Source: an uncultured Nitrososphaeraceae archaeon
GTDB taxonomy: Archaea; Thermoproteota; Nitrososphaeria; Nitrososphaerales; Nitrososphaeraceae
Direction: 5' to 3'
Length of the DNA stretch: 64,000 nt
Assembly (NCBI GenBank): GCA_963765895.1
Contig: CAVXZB010000084.1
Coordinates: 352,001-416,000 of the forward strand
Below are positions 33,216-46,260 of the stretch, piece after piece. Position 1 is the stretch's first letter. The number at the start of each line of letters is the position of its first letter. The position numbers and the translations under genes were made by a program. The notes below the pieces were generated by a model. It did no database searches. It saw only the letters and a list, made by a program, of their open reading frames with translations, and was not told where the DNA came from.

Positions 33216-35367
33216 CTATTTGATTTTGATTATTGGCAGACTAAAGTAAAACGTAGACTCCCCTACCTTCTTTGTTATTTTCAGCCCATATTCTGCCACA
33301 GTGAGATTCTATAATGCTTTTACAGATATACAACCCTAACCCTGTACCCTGAAAAGATTTTGATGCAAACTTTTCAAATAACCTAGGCATTATTCCAGGA
33401 TCTATACCTATACCAGTATCATTAATACTAACAATAGCCCGACCATCATCAATCTTTTCAGCGGTAATATTTATAGTGCCTCCTTCTCCTTCTCCTTTGT
33501 TAAGCTTTGCTTCGATAAACTTGAAAGCATTATTTAGAATATTTGAAATTACTTGACCTATTCTTGCTTCATCAGCTTCAATGAAGATATCACGAGGTTG
33601 ATATAATAATTTTATAACATCTCCGTGTTGGCTCTTTGCAATCGTGGCTATTACGTCGTCTATAGCTTTTGTTATTACATCATTTAAGTTGAAAACCCCC
33701 TTCTTTAGGTTTAGTGACTCATTTTCAATTTTTGTAACATCTAAAATGTCATCAGCAAGTCTCTGCAGTCTTTTTGCATTTCTCATTATAACGTCTAGCA
33801 ATTCATCCTGTTCTGCGATTGATCTTCTGTCTCTGTTATTACTAGAACGAAGAATATCAGTTAAACCAAGTATTGGCTGGATAGGAGTCCTAAGCTCATG
33901 TGCTGCTACATCGATAAATTCTTTTTGCACTTTATTATGAATCCTTAGCTCCTCATACATCTTGCTTAATTTTTGATGTTGTTCTGTCTGTTTCCAAAGA
34001 CTGTCAAATATAGAAGCATACGCTAAAGCAATTGGTTTGCTATTAGAGTATGCAGCTAATCCTGCTGCGTCATATGAATTATCTTTTGAATCGTGTTTTG
34101 TCTCGATAATTAGTGATTCTTTTCTATCAACTACTAGAATTCCAACTGTACTTTCTAAACTTTTGTCTACGCTTCCAATATCTAGCTGAGGCAATACCAA
34201 ATTTACTTCGTTTACTATTTGTATTATCTCCTTTTGATCAGCTGGAATTAATATTCTAACTCTTACACCGCGTTCTAGTGCATCCTTAAATAAGTGCATT
34301 ATACCAAGTCTTACTTGACGACGAAATGCATGGACTGACGAAAATAGTCTCAATACCTCCTCTTCTGCTGATTTTATTAAATCAAAAGCTCGTTTTATAG
34401 AATATGTAGGATTTGGAATAATTTCTATACTAGATGATTCAATGCCTTCTTCAATATCTTCTATTCTATCTTTAGCATCAATTCCATTTTTCCATAATTC
34501 TTCAAATATATAATAAAAGTGGTTCATATATACAGGTTCATTACTTAGTAACAAACTTTGTACATTTTTACCAACTTCCATCTTTTCAATGGTAGCTACT
34601 ATTTCTTTATCTGAAACACCAAAGCTCATTGGTGGAAGGTTTTTAAGGTGTCTTATTTTGATCCCTGCATCCAGAAGTATCTTAGCTAAATTCATATTAT
34701 CACTATCTATGTTACTTATGTATCTGATACCCTTATGCTCTCCTTTCTTTTGCTTGTCCAGTAACTTTTTTTCTAACTCAAAAAAATGATTGTAGTTATA
34801 TTGCATTCCTCCGGATGTTAAACAGATACATAATTCATTTGAGCTGGTAGTTAAGCGACCGATTTCTTTGACAATCTCTTGAGCATCCTCAATTATTCTA
34901 GTTTCATAGTGTACTGTTCCATCTTCTAGCTCTTTAATTCTCTTTTCCGCATTTATTGATTTATTCCACAGAGTCTCGAAAATATTCTGTTGCTGTTCTA
35001 CTATTTCCCTTACGTTAGTATACATAGCTTGTTGATGCGGCTCCTTCAGGGTTATAGAACCCAAATATTCCTTTTCATTAAGTAAAAGATTAGCTTCAAT
35101 TTCATCCATATGGCGAGTCGGAGCAATTTTCATTAATTCCTTGCAATATTGGATATTTGCCTTCGTAATTTCAAAAATATATCTTTGTCTTGTGTGTTTT
35201 CTATCCTTAGCATTCATTATCGCTTTTTTAACTGATTCAAAAGTAAAGATTAATGATGGAAATCTAGAATTGCCACAGATATCTATTCTATCCTCTGCAT
35301 TATAGGAAATGTCCAATATCGCATTTATGACTTCAACGCGATGTAATACCTTAATCTTTTCCTTCAT
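33216..35367 (-). CDS. Histidine kinase with three tandem TrmB/PLD-like N-terminal domains (terminal frameshift)
   Basis: AHELRTPI, NNAFKF, DTGIG, GTGLGL; repeated IFE(T/E)LW and IFDSLW; natural end TFYFSLPIIKIK lies in another frame. Confidence 0.9.
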
Positions 35368-36104
35368 TAGAGAGGTTGTGCAATAATAATATAGGTGTCG
35401 ATAAATATAAGATAGTCGGTAATTCTAGCTCTATTGTCCTATCACAATTAGCAGCGAAACAAACCTTTTGGTCTAGGTTAAAAATGTCTTTATACAATCT
35501 GATATAATCCAAATGGTTATCACTAGAAGGATTAGCTATAAAAGCTATTTTTGGTATATAATTTAATTCAGATTGCATATTATCTTACCTAAAATATGAT
35601 TATTAGTTAATTTATTTTAAACTCTCCATATATTCAAATTCTTCTATATGAATCCCTATTATTAAATTCAAGTAAATTGCTTTTATTTTCTTTATCACTT
35701 AAGGTAGTAGTGATACTTTTCTAAGAAATGATAGTAATAATGTTATAGTTCTAGTTGAGGTAACGGCTGACCATATAGTTTTCGTATTTTCAAATTCATG
35801 TCCCTCCACCTACGTATAGACTTAACTAGTGCAAGGCTGAGATAACAGTTGTGAGTTTTATGAGGCCAAGTCAGAGTTGCTATCCTAACTGGGGCATGGA
35901 TAAGTGGACAAAGCCACGCTACCATTGACACTTGTTTGCATGTAATAGTATTGGAAATATACTATTATTACATATTTCAAGTGATATGTTCATGACTCAC
36001 GTATGTCTGGACTCTTGTTATCGCCACTACTGATCAAGAAGCAAAGCAATTATCAAATAAAGATGGGATTTTAGACTCACTCAATTTAAACATCACTATT
36101 TATC

Positions 36105-36542
36105 CTAGTCTTTTGCCCATTTTTTCATCCAGTTTAATAGATAGATAACAGATTCTACCAACTCCTGTCCCTTATTTGTTAATCTATATTCTACCCTGGG
36201 AGGGATTTCATTATATGCTTGTCTTTCTAGAATTCCGTTTTCATCAAGTTCTTTCAACCTTTTCGCCAATGTTTTGCTACTAAAACCCTTCATTGTGTTC
36301 CTGAATTTTATATATCTGACAGATGTGGTAGTGCAGCATAATGGAATTAGAATTTCAAGAGTGCCTCTCTTTGTAATTATCTTGCGCAGTTTAGCAGTTT
36401 CTTTCATAAGTGTATCTGCATCATACCCATGAAAATCACAATTTTGATTAGCCTGAATAAGTGGCAATTCTGTTTTGGTTATTCTTGGTGCTGTTATTGA
36501 TGCTGCTACTTTCTTACTTTTTCTCTTCCCATTTGTTTCCAT
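36105..36542 (-). CDS. HxlR-family winged-helix regulator with Cys residues
   Basis: SSKTLAKRLKEL...YNEIPPRVEYRLTNKGQEL; CDFHG and PLCC. Confidence 0.88.
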   Translation of the reverse strand: METNGKRKSKKVAASITAPRITKTELPLIQANQNCDFHGYDADTLMKETAKLRKIITKRGTLEILIPLCCTTTSVRYIKFRNTMKGFSSKTLAKRLKELDENGILERQAYNEIPPRVEYRLTNKGQELVESVIYLLNWMKKWAKD

Positions 36543-36600
36543 AACTACACTTACTTTACCTAGGTTCTCTTGACAACTTAAATAGTTTCTCTTGTAAACA

Positions 36601-37415
36601 GTGGATGTGAAAGATGATATAATTAAACAAAAGGTAAAAGAAATATATGGTAAGATTGCACTAGTTGGAAGTTCTTCAGAAGGTTGTTGTGCACCCGGCG
36701 AATGTTGTGGTGGTAGTGGCAGCGGAAGTAGTAATGGTAGTCAGACAATGATGTCACCTTTGCAAATTGCGGAAAATATTGGTTACAATGCTAACGATTT
36801 GAATTCTATTCCAGAGTCTTCCATTCTTGGTGTAGGATGTGGTGCACCAGTTAATTTTGCAAATATCCATGAAGGAGAAGTAGTCATCGATATAGGCTCA
36901 GGTGGAGGGATTGATGTATTTTTGTCAGCAAACAAAGTCAAACAGTCTGGAAAAGTAATTGGCATTGATATGACAGATGAGATGTTAGAAAAGGCTGCAA
37001 GATCATGCAAAACAGAATGGATATACAAATGTGGAATTCAAAAAAGGAGATATTGAAAAAGGGATTCCAATTAATGATAATGCCGCTGATGTGGTAATTA
37101 GCAATTGTGTTATTAACCTAACCATAGACAAGATAGCCGCATTCAAAGAAATTTACAGGATCTTAAAACATAATGGTGGCAGAATGGTAATATCAGATCT
37201 AGTTACAAGTAAGGAAGTCGAACCAGAATCTGCAAATTCGGATAAATGGTGTAGTTGCATCGACGGCGCATTAACAAAAGAACACTATCTTGATAGTATT
37301 AGAATGGCAGGATTTTCTGATACAGAAGTATTGGAAGAGAAGTTGTATATGGTCGGCGGCGACAATATTGAAGACAGACGAATTACCAGTTTGGTAATAA
37401 GGGAGTAAAGACATG
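36601..37415 (+). CDS. arsM: Arsenite S-adenosylmethionine methyltransferase (frameshift near 37005)
   Basis: GCCAPGECC, LGVGCGAP, DIGSGGGID, DVVISNCVINL, WCSCIDGA. Confidence 0.88.
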
Positions 37416-37436
37416 AAGTAGAGAAAGAATTGAATC

Positions 37437-37889
37437 ATGAAATTCTCATTTAGTAGCAGTAAAAGCAAATCTAAAGAAAAGCAAACCATACTTTTTGTAT
37501 GTATCCAGAATGCAGGACGTAGTCAGATGGCTGAGGGCTTTTTTAGAAAGTATGCTCCCGAAGATTATGAACCATTAAGTGCTGGAACCAAACCTACTTC
37601 AGAAGTCAGTCCAATTGCAATACAAGCGATGAAAGAACTGGGCATCGACATTAGCAAGCAGAGGCCTAAGGATATTACCGAGGACATGATGAGAAATTCA
37701 TCAAAGATAGTTAACATGGGATGCATGGAAAAGGACTGGTGTCCAACTATGTTTGTTCCTAATCTAGTAGACTGGGGAATAGAAGATCCAAAGGGTAAAT
37801 CAATAGACAAGGTTAGAGAGATTAGAGACGAAATTGAAGTAAGGGTAAAAGACTTGATTACAAAACTGGCTAATGACGCAGATCATTAG
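37437..37889 (+). CDS. arsC: Arsenate reductase (LMW-PTP/thioredoxin type)
   Basis: CIQNAGRSQMAE, MGC...CP, DWGIEDP. Confidence 0.9.
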   Translation: MKFSFSSSKSKSKEKQTILFVCIQNAGRSQMAEGFFRKYAPEDYEPLSAGTKPTSEVSPIAIQAMKELGIDISKQRPKDITEDMMRNSSKIVNMGCMEKDWCPTMFVPNLVDWGIEDPKGKSIDKVREIRDEIEVRVKDLITKLANDADH

Positions 37890-37970
37890 ATCATTTTCCC
37901 TTAAGGATCTACGCAATTCGCTTGTTTAATGATCGTTTGCTTGCTTGCTTGCTGTGTGTGAACCTTTAGA

Positions 37971-38669
37971 TTGAAACAGAAGTCCCTCACAAAAATCGCC
38001 CAAGGATTGACTCCTAACCAAAAAAGTTTTTTTGCGGAAGTTATTGGCACATTCATAGTAGTAGTTCTTGCAACAGGTTCGGTGGTAATTGATGCTAGGC
38101 TGAATGGAAAATTAGGTATTCCTTTTATTGCATTTGCTCCATTTATCGGAGTTGCTGTGGGGGTTTACTTGTTTGGAAAAATATCTATGGCTCATTTTAA
38201 TCCTGCGGTTACTTTGGGTTTTCTAATTACTAAACACATAACAAAGATTCAGTTATTCTATTACTTTTCTGCAGAGATAGTGGGTGCATTACTAGGAAGT
38301 CTTTTCGTAAAATTTCTAATAGGAAATCAAGCAAACTTGGGAGCAAATGCTCCAAATTATGCATTTCCTATGCCAGCAATAATTGGAGTTGAAATTGCTG
38401 CTTCTGCACTGCTAATGTCTGTGATATATGTAGTTGTCTATACTAAAGGACTAAAGCGATTTGGTGGTATTGCTATAGGTGGCATAGTTGGACTAGATAT
38501 ATTCTTTTTAGCATTCATATCTGGTGCTTCAATGAATCCTGCTCGCTCTTTGGCTCCAGCACTTGTATCTGGAGTATTGAATAATTTATGGCTATATTGG
38601 TCGGCAACGTTCATAGGCACATCAATAGTTGCCCTAATGTTTAGAAGAGTGTTTATATCAAAAAAATAG
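37971..38669 (+). CDS. MIP-family channel (aquaporin-like, probable arsenite channel)
   Basis: HFNPAVT and SMNPARS; directly downstream of arsC. Confidence 0.9.
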   Translation: MKQKSLTKIAQGLTPNQKSFFAEVIGTFIVVVLATGSVVIDARLNGKLGIPFIAFAPFIGVAVGVYLFGKISMAHFNPAVTLGFLITKHITKIQLFYYFSAEIVGALLGSLFVKFLIGNQANLGANAPNYAFPMPAIIGVEIAASALLMSVIYVVVYTKGLKRFGGIAIGGIVGLDIFFLAFISGASMNPARSLAPALVSGVLNNLWLYWSATFIGTSIVALMFRRVFISKK

Positions 38670-38675
38670 TTCTTG

Positions 38676-40020
38676 TCATACTCTACCAAACAAGAAAGTA
38701 ATGAATAGATAATAGATAACAAGATTAGCCACAGTTACTATGGATCCTATTTTAAGAAATTCTGAATATGAAAATGCTTTCACACCTCTGGACTCTGCAG
38801 CCTCTATAATGATGATGTTGCTTGCTGCTCCAAATATTGTAAGGTTACCTGCAATAGTGCTTGCTGCCTGCAAGCATCATCCATTGAGAAACGTCATCAG
38901 CATTAAAACCATTATCTATCATTACATTATTATATAGAGCGACAAAAGGAACATTGCTTAGTATTTGACTTAATGTCAAACTAACAATTGAAATAATGGC
39001 ATTATTCCTAATCGTATAATTGTGATTAGGGACAGGATTTGGAATCTTTGACATAATATCAGGAATCAGACCGGAGGTCCACAGGGCAGCAGTAAATACA
39101 AACATTGCTGCAAAAAATATAAAGACAGAATAATCCACATTATACAATAATTCTCTGCGTTCATTACTTAAAGCATAGAGCGCTATTGCTCCAAGAGCAG
39201 CAATTACACTTATGTTAACATAGGTGGTATGAAGAAGAAACTGAAGAACTTCTGAAATTATAAACCCTGCTATTGTCAATAGAAGAATGATAACTGAAAT
39301 TCTGGCAAGATATGGGTTAGTGATCACATTGGTGGATAATAGTTCATCTTCTTCTTTATTAGTTATAATCTGACTATCACTGTTGACATGATTGGGAACT
39401 TTTAATAAATCTTTTTTAAAGTATACTTTCAAAATAAAGTATGTTAGAAATAGATTTAGTATAGTTGGTAAAATTAACCATTTTATGAATGTTAAGAATG
39501 GCAAAGAAATACCACTTTTGATGGCTATTAGTAAATTTTGAGGATTTCCAATAGGAGTCATGACACTGCCTATACTAATTCCAAATGCTAGTGCTATAAA
39601 TAGAATTGTTGGTCTAACCATGATTTGTCTTGATATATGGATTACAAGTGGTATACCCAATAATGCAATAGTATCATTAACTAGAAATGCAGAAAGTATT
39701 CCTAATCCTATAACAAATACTAATAGTATTAAATTAGCGTTACTATTTGCCTTTTCTAACATTTTTGCTGCGATATATTTGAGCACTCCTGACTTGTCAA
39801 GAGCAGAAACTATACTAAACATTCCGAAAAGAAATATAATTACATCGAGATTGATTGCTTTGAATGCATCTTCAATGCTAATGAGTTGAAGCCCAATCAT
39901 AAGGCCTGCTCCAACCAACATTGAGGTCCAAATTGGTATATTATTCAGTTTCCTTTTTTGTATAATAAGAAAAAATACAAGAGCAAGGACACCTAATGCA
40001 ATATATTCATTAGTGGACAT
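38676..40020 (-). CDS. ArsB/NhaD/SLC13-type anion permease (frameshift near 38870)
   Basis: SAFLVND, TPIGNPQN, SQILSNVP, STIAGNLTIFGAASNIII. Confidence 0.85.
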
Positions 40021-40296
40021 CTTATTAATGCATCTTGGTCGGTATAGTGGATCATGTTATCCTTTCTTTTCTAATTAGAGTTTGTTAAGTTTGAATTATT
40101 CGCCAGTATATTACGCTTCATATTATACATAAACATAACAAAAAAGGCTTCACAATCTTTATCCAAAACCATGTAGTTTTAGTCATTAGGCATACTTGCA
40201 ACATCATATTGATTGCTCTGCACGAAGTTATTCAGCCTGGCAAGGACCATTTTTCCTCTCGGTTAGATTATTCCAAATTTTGCAAATAATCCGCAC

Positions 40297-41244
40297 TCAA
40301 TTAAAGAAAGTAGCATAATCTCTAGCAAATTGCTCAAGTGATATAGGCTTTCGTCCTGTAATCTGTTCAACTACAGTAGTCGATTGTGATGCATAACCAG
40401 ATCTAATAACACTATAGAGCTCCAGTAATGCATCAATAAGCCAGTCCTCCATTTCCATCTTCTTCATTGCATTGCGAGCATCCTCTTCTGTTACATTTAC
40501 ATAAGATATTCTTCTACCTAGAACATTAGAGAGAACTTCTGCCGATTGAGTATATGACAGAGCCTCGTTACCAGTAATGCCATACTTTTTGTATTCATGT
40601 CGTTGATAGTTCTTGGTTCCATTATTTTTAGCCAATAGTATCTCTGAGGCCACAGCTGCAATGTCTCTAACATCTACAAAACTAACTTTTCCATCTCCTA
40701 CAGGAAGATAGATTGCATTTTGAGTTTTAATTGTCTGGCCAAAAAAATTTATAAAATTCTGCATAAATGCACCTGCACGTAAGAAAGTGTAGGGTATTCC
40801 AGATTCTTCTATAATTTTTTCTTCTTGTCGATGCATACGTGTTATCATAATTCCAGGCTCAGCTTCAGCATCTAATACAGACAGCTTGACAACATGTTTA
40901 ACATCATTTTTCTTTGCTTCTTTTATCAGACTGGATGTGTTTTCGGGCATATTTGGCCTGGGTAAAGTTAGTAAGAAGAGTTTATCAATTCCGTTTACTG
41001 CATTAATAATAGTTTCTGGTTTGTTATAATCCATATAAACAATCTCAACTAGTTTATTTTCTTCTCTAAGTCTATCAGCTTTATCTTTTGAGTGAACAGC
41101 AGCTCTAACTCGGCTACCTGAAGAAAGCAATTGTAAGGATGATGTAAGCTGCTTTACAACTTCATTTCCAACTGTGCCTGTTGCACCTGTAACCAGGATT
41201 ACAGTTCCATTATTTTTGATAGTAGATGTCATAGACATATTCAA
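40297..41244 (-). CDS. NmrA-like atypical SDR NAD(P)-binding oxidoreductase
   Basis: VTGATGTVG, FMQNF, SFVDVRDIA, ITGRKP. Confidence 0.88.
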   Translation of the reverse strand: MNMSMTSTIKNNGTVILVTGATGTVGNEVVKQLTSSLQLLSSGSRVRAAVHSKDKADRLREENKLVEIVYMDYNKPETIINAVNGIDKLFLLTLPRPNMPENTSSLIKEAKKNDVKHVVKLSVLDAEAEPGIMITRMHRQEEKIIEESGIPYTFLRAGAFMQNFINFFGQTIKTQNAIYLPVGDGKVSFVDVRDIAAVASEILLAKNNGTKNYQRHEYKKYGITGNEALSYTQSAEVLSNVLGRRISYVNVTEEDARNAMKKMEMEDWLIDALLELYSVIRSGYASQSTTVVEQITGRKPISLEQFARDYATFFN

Positions 41245-41369
41245 ACAGCAATATTACTTAAGCCTGGCAGTAACCAATGGTTAAGTTAAGTAGATAACGA
41301 ACTCTCAATATACCGAACTGACAGACTGATAGAGCCTTTGCTTAACTGCGTTTAGTGCAGTTAGCTAAA

Positions 41370-42660
41370 TCATCGTTTCAACAATTCGTTTGTTTTAGCT
41401 TCTCCTTCTTTAATTGAACGCTCAATTGTCTCAGGTGAAAAATCTGCATTTTCATACATATGAGGATATGGTTCATCACGTGTTATGTAAATGATGTCTT
41501 TTATTTCAGCTCCGCGCTCTTGCTTGTATTTTTTATATTTGCGGCGAATTTTCTTAAGCTGTTGTCGACTAACATTTATTTTTTCTATATTGCTTTCTAA
41601 TAACTGATAGATCTCTTCAATATACTCCAGATACCGAGTTATTACTTTAGACATTGTTACATTATTCTCTGTTTTATCAGAAAATATTATATCTCTAGCT
41701 CTATGATAAACTTCTGGTAGGTTCTTTGGCAGTGCATTAACCCTTTTTGGATAATTTTCTACGATGCCTATTCGTTTATCATTCACTGGAGAAGCATCTA
41801 TAACCTCTCTCAAAGGTGTGTTACTCAGTAAACCGCCATCCCATGCATACACTCCGTCTTCTATCTCTACCCATGGAAAATTATAAAGTGGATAAGCAGA
41901 TGTTGCTAGGATATGTTTTGATGTTATCTGCTGCTTGAAGCTGTCAAACGTGAGTGGCTCTGCGGTTAAAACATTTACTGCAGTTAAGATCAAACGTGTA
42001 TTAGAATTTCCATTAGGTTTCAATTTATCATAATCAATGTACCTTTCTAGTGTTTTTACTAAAGGTGAGAAATCGTACATATAGGTCCATTTTTGTGGCG
42101 CAAAATAATCTGGATCTGTTAGAATAGTTTCCTCTCTCCATCTAGGTTTGAACATTTTATCATTTCCAAAAATAGCAGAGCTGTAGAAGGATTTTAGCTG
42201 ATTCATCTTCATGGCATGCTCCTTTGCACTCATTGCATTGGAAGAATAATTTCTTTGCTGATCCAACGGGTATGGTGGTAAATTATAGAAATAATAACCA
42301 GATGATACAAGCATATCTTCTACAAATTTGGGCAGGGATCTAGATGATGGAGGAAGGGTAACCTTATCTAAATCCACAAAACTTTGAGACAATTCTAACC
42401 AAAACTGCTCTAACATTTGTTCTGGATGTTTTTCATCCTTACTGCCAGCTATGATTGCAGCATTTATTCCCCCAATCGATGTTCCTGCTACAATGTCAAG
42501 TTTTATGTTATTATTTGCAAGTGCTTTGAATACTCCGCAACCAAATGCTCCCAAGGAGCCGCCACCTTGAAGTATTAGGACATTTTCGAGTTTGTTGTTG
42601 TATGCTGATGATGGTGATGATGAGTACAGTGTTTCTATTGCTATTATTATTGTCTTTGTT
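41370..42660 (-). CDS. Patatin-like phospholipase/esterase (true start upstream of the ORF call)
   Basis: LILQGGGSLG upstream of 42554, GTSIG nucleophile, DGG motif. Confidence 0.88.
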
Positions 42661-43161
42661 TGAAGTATCAGCCTGACCTTCTGTCATGGTTTTTCATTAT
42701 TTGTTTTCGTTTTTTAATTTTACCATCTCCAGTCTTCTTTTCTTTTTTGTCTTTATCTATTATTCTGTCACACATATTTGTTAATCGCTTCTTTAAGAGG
42801 CATTTATTCTCCCTATATTCCAATATCGTAATGAAGTATTGCTCGTTCAGTTGTCTTGTTAGCATTTGCAAGTATTTTTTCCAATGCTTGGGACTTATCC
42901 ACTATTGACGGAAGTCTAGCGAAGATGATAAAATGTACATTTCTATCGTGTCAATATGTAAATGATAGCAGATTATGGCTATCAATTCTATAATTCAGTG
43001 GATACCACTATGATGGGTAGGTTAACCTATGACAAGTTCTTACATTCTGGTTTGACGATCATCATGAAACTAAATAGCGTCCATAGAATATCATGGAAAG
43101 AGGGGAGATCTTTATCAACGTGTTGGGTCGATCATAAGCATAAGAGAGTGAATCAATAGCC

Positions 43162-43643
43162 TTGGCAAAAAGAGTCGCAGATATAATAGTCGACTCGCTA
43201 ATAGCGTCTGGAGTCAGGAGAATATACGGAGTATCTGGAGATTCTTTAAATGGGATTACAGATGCTGTCAGAGATCGAGGCAAAGAAAAAATCTCTTGGA
43301 TTCATGTTCGCCATGAGGAAACAGCTGCTTTCCAGCCGGAGCCGAGGCTCACCTTACTCGAGAGCTGGCGGTATGTGCTGGCAGCTGCGGGCCAGGGAAT
43401 ACGCATTTGATAAATGGACTATACGATTGTTACAGGAGCAGAGTTCCTGTCTTGGCAATTGCTGCACATATACCAAGCAGAGAAATTGGAAGCTCATACT
43501 TTCAAGAGACACATCCAGAACTTTTGTTCAAAGAGTGTAGTCACTATTGCGAGCTTGCCTCACATGCAGACCAAATTCCGCGCATTCTTGATATCGCAAT
43601 GAGAACCATTTTTAGACATACATCTATTAGATTAGCTGTATGA
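43162..43643 (+). pseudogene. N-terminal fragment of a pyruvate oxidase/PoxB-like TPP enzyme
   Basis: [59 protein letters not shown]; frameshifted and truncated. Confidence 0.8.
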
Positions 43644-44135
43644 TATAAGCGTATATTATATATCACATTATTTTTTGACAAGCCCACTTGTTACGGGATA
43701 AGTATAGCGCTCTTTAATTTTCGGCCTATGAATACCAGTTAATAAGCTATTATTTATAATATTCTGACAGAGTATCATATGGTAATAATTCACTGTTAGT
43801 ACAGAACGGCAAATTCGTCAATTGTATTATAAATTATAATAACAGATTACGACAACTCGATTTGACATCACATCACCGGAAGACAGACCATCATTAGCAT
43901 AGATAGAGAAGAAATGCTCAGAATTTAATTTCGGTATCTTTTGCTATCTGTATAGACTAGCTGTACTTATATTTTCCAATTATCAAATATTAAACAGAAG
44001 GTTTATCAGTATATGACACAAGCCAGTCCAAGACAATCACTAAAAAAATTTAGACCAAACCATAAATCTACTGAGAGTTGAAATTAAAATTTATATTGAT
44101 ATAGTAATGGTATCAAACAGAGTGACAATAGTATT

Positions 44136-44774
44136 ATGAATAAACTTTGGAAACTTGATAATTTCCGCTCTCTAATATTAACTTCTATTTCAATTCTGCT
44201 ATTCGTTTCAGCATCAGCTACATTATTCTCCCCACCATCATGGTATGAAAATGAAAATAAATCTTGCATCCAATGCGGATACATTGCCTTTGCCCAGAAT
44301 AATGGCAATTCTGGAAATGCGAATCTGAATAATGTTTCTCAGATGTGGGTAGATAAGACAAGCGGGATCGGTATAAATTTTGCATATTCCCCAGCTAAGC
44401 CAGCAGTAGATTCTCCCACTGAACTAAGATTCATTGTGCATGATTTGAAAAGTGGTATTAAGTTCAAAGATTTAGTTGCTCATGTCAGTATAACGTCCAA
44501 TAGTAGCGGACAAGAAAGAACGTTCAAGTTTAGCAACATTACTGCGCCTAATGGAGATTTCTTACTAAAATATATTTTTCCAGACTATGGCACATATCAA
44601 GTTATCGCTTCAGTTAGACCAAATACGTCTGCTGTCGCTCTTGCATCATTTCCAGTTACAATTCCAGTTCCAACTGCAAGTACTTTTACAAGTCCTACCA
44701 TGCCGATAGGAATTGTCATAATTATTGTTGGAATCGTGGCTCTGACAGTAGTAATCATTAAGATTAAAAAGTAG
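44136..44774 (+). CDS. Secreted Ig-like protein with C-terminal anchor, paralog of 23036..23710
   Basis: QMWVDK, TSNSSGQERTFKFSNI, NGDF..KYIFPDYGTYQV; TM. Confidence 0.75.
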   Translation: MNKLWKLDNFRSLILTSISILLFVSASATLFSPPSWYENENKSCIQCGYIAFAQNNGNSGNANLNNVSQMWVDKTSGIGINFAYSPAKPAVDSPTELRFIVHDLKSGIKFKDLVAHVSITSNSSGQERTFKFSNITAPNGDFLLKYIFPDYGTYQVIASVRPNTSAVALASFPVTIPVPTASTFTSPTMPIGIVIIIVGIVALTVVIIKIKK

Positions 44775-45123
44775 AGTAATATTTATGATTCTAGCCATGA
44801 CTGCTCTTATTATGTTTCCAATACGACATACATCCGATCGAATTATATACATTTATTGAAGAGTAGGGAAACCAAGAAATTAGAATTTGATATTTAGAGA
44901 ATACATACTAATTGAATAGTGATCTGTAATAAGTTTGTCTTTTAATTATTGAACTTCGAAATAGATTGAACTGGACATTCATTATTTGCTACCTCCGTCC
45001 AAAGGGAACCACAAAGTATACAGTCTATAATTCGACAATCGAGCTATGCATATAAATGAGAAGTAAAGTGGCATGGAAATATAAATACAACGATTATATG
45101 TCTTCAGAGTCAAGTAATCGTGT

Positions 45124-45971
45124 TTGACTTCATCTATAGAGATCAAGAATCTAAAAAGAAAGGATGGTGACAATAAGAAAATAGATCTCAAGGGAGGCAC
45201 AGTCCTAGATGGACTCCCAAGCAGGTACTGGTCTAGTTAATGCTATTGCATCAGAATGTTTAATACGTTCAACAGGAACAGATCTTGTAGCATTTCTGGA
45301 CTCGCCAGATTTTCCACCATTATCTGTCATAACCAATTATATTCCTCAGTATCCCATACGAATTTATGTCAACGAAAATCTGAAAGTCGCATTCTTTGTC
45401 TCCGATATTAACATAGACAAGCTGCTATATAGAGAGGTAGCTAATGCAATTCTTACGTGGACAAGAGAAAATGAATGTAAATTAATCATTAGTGCGCAGG
45501 GTATTCAATCATCGTCTTATCCTCCCTCTCAGGATGATAATGGGAGAAATGATAATCCACATAATAATGGAGCTGCTAGTAAAAGCAATCAGAATGACCC
45601 ATCTGAATCAGCTACGCTTTCTCACTCCCATATCGATAGTTATGCAGTAACAAGTACCGGAATCTGCAACTCGATTAATTACCGGACATAGTAACTATTT
45701 TTCACATTTACGTAGCGGAACTATTACCGGTATTCCAGCAATCTTGTTAAATGAAGGCGCTTTGACAAATCTTGATGTAATCGTATTTTTGGTTAACGCA
45801 TTACCAGATATTCCGGACTTTCGAGCGGCTGCTATAGTTTCAGAATTTGTGAGCAAGATAATTCCAAACCTCTCCTGTGATATTGAAGCCTTGATGGTCG
45901 AGGCACAACTAATTGAAAATAGAATGAAGAATCTAAGAGATGAACACAAAAAAACATCATACATTGCATGA
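45124..45971 (+). CDS. PAC2-family proteasome assembly chaperone-like protein (two frameshifts)
   Basis: IDLKGGTVLDGLPS/TGLVNAIAS, LDSPDFPP, GTITGIPAILLNEG, PDFRAAA. Confidence 0.75.
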
Positions 45972-46260
45972 GTGAGTAAAAGCTCACCATCATTCCATAG
46001 CACTGTTTTGATAACCATCATCTCGTGAAATATCGTTCGTATCTGATGGGAGTCCATATATAATATAGAACGCCAATATTACAGAAAGTCATATTCTATT
46101 CTATTCATATAATCGATATGTTTCGCAAACCAACAATCTGATGTTAAGGCTGAATTGATAAACCAAATCCGATCCGTATGCTAATCGTTATTGCGTGTTG
46201 GAGCACGTGGATAACGAATTAAATTATTTCCAATCGTCATTCTTGTACTCTTCTTGGAAT

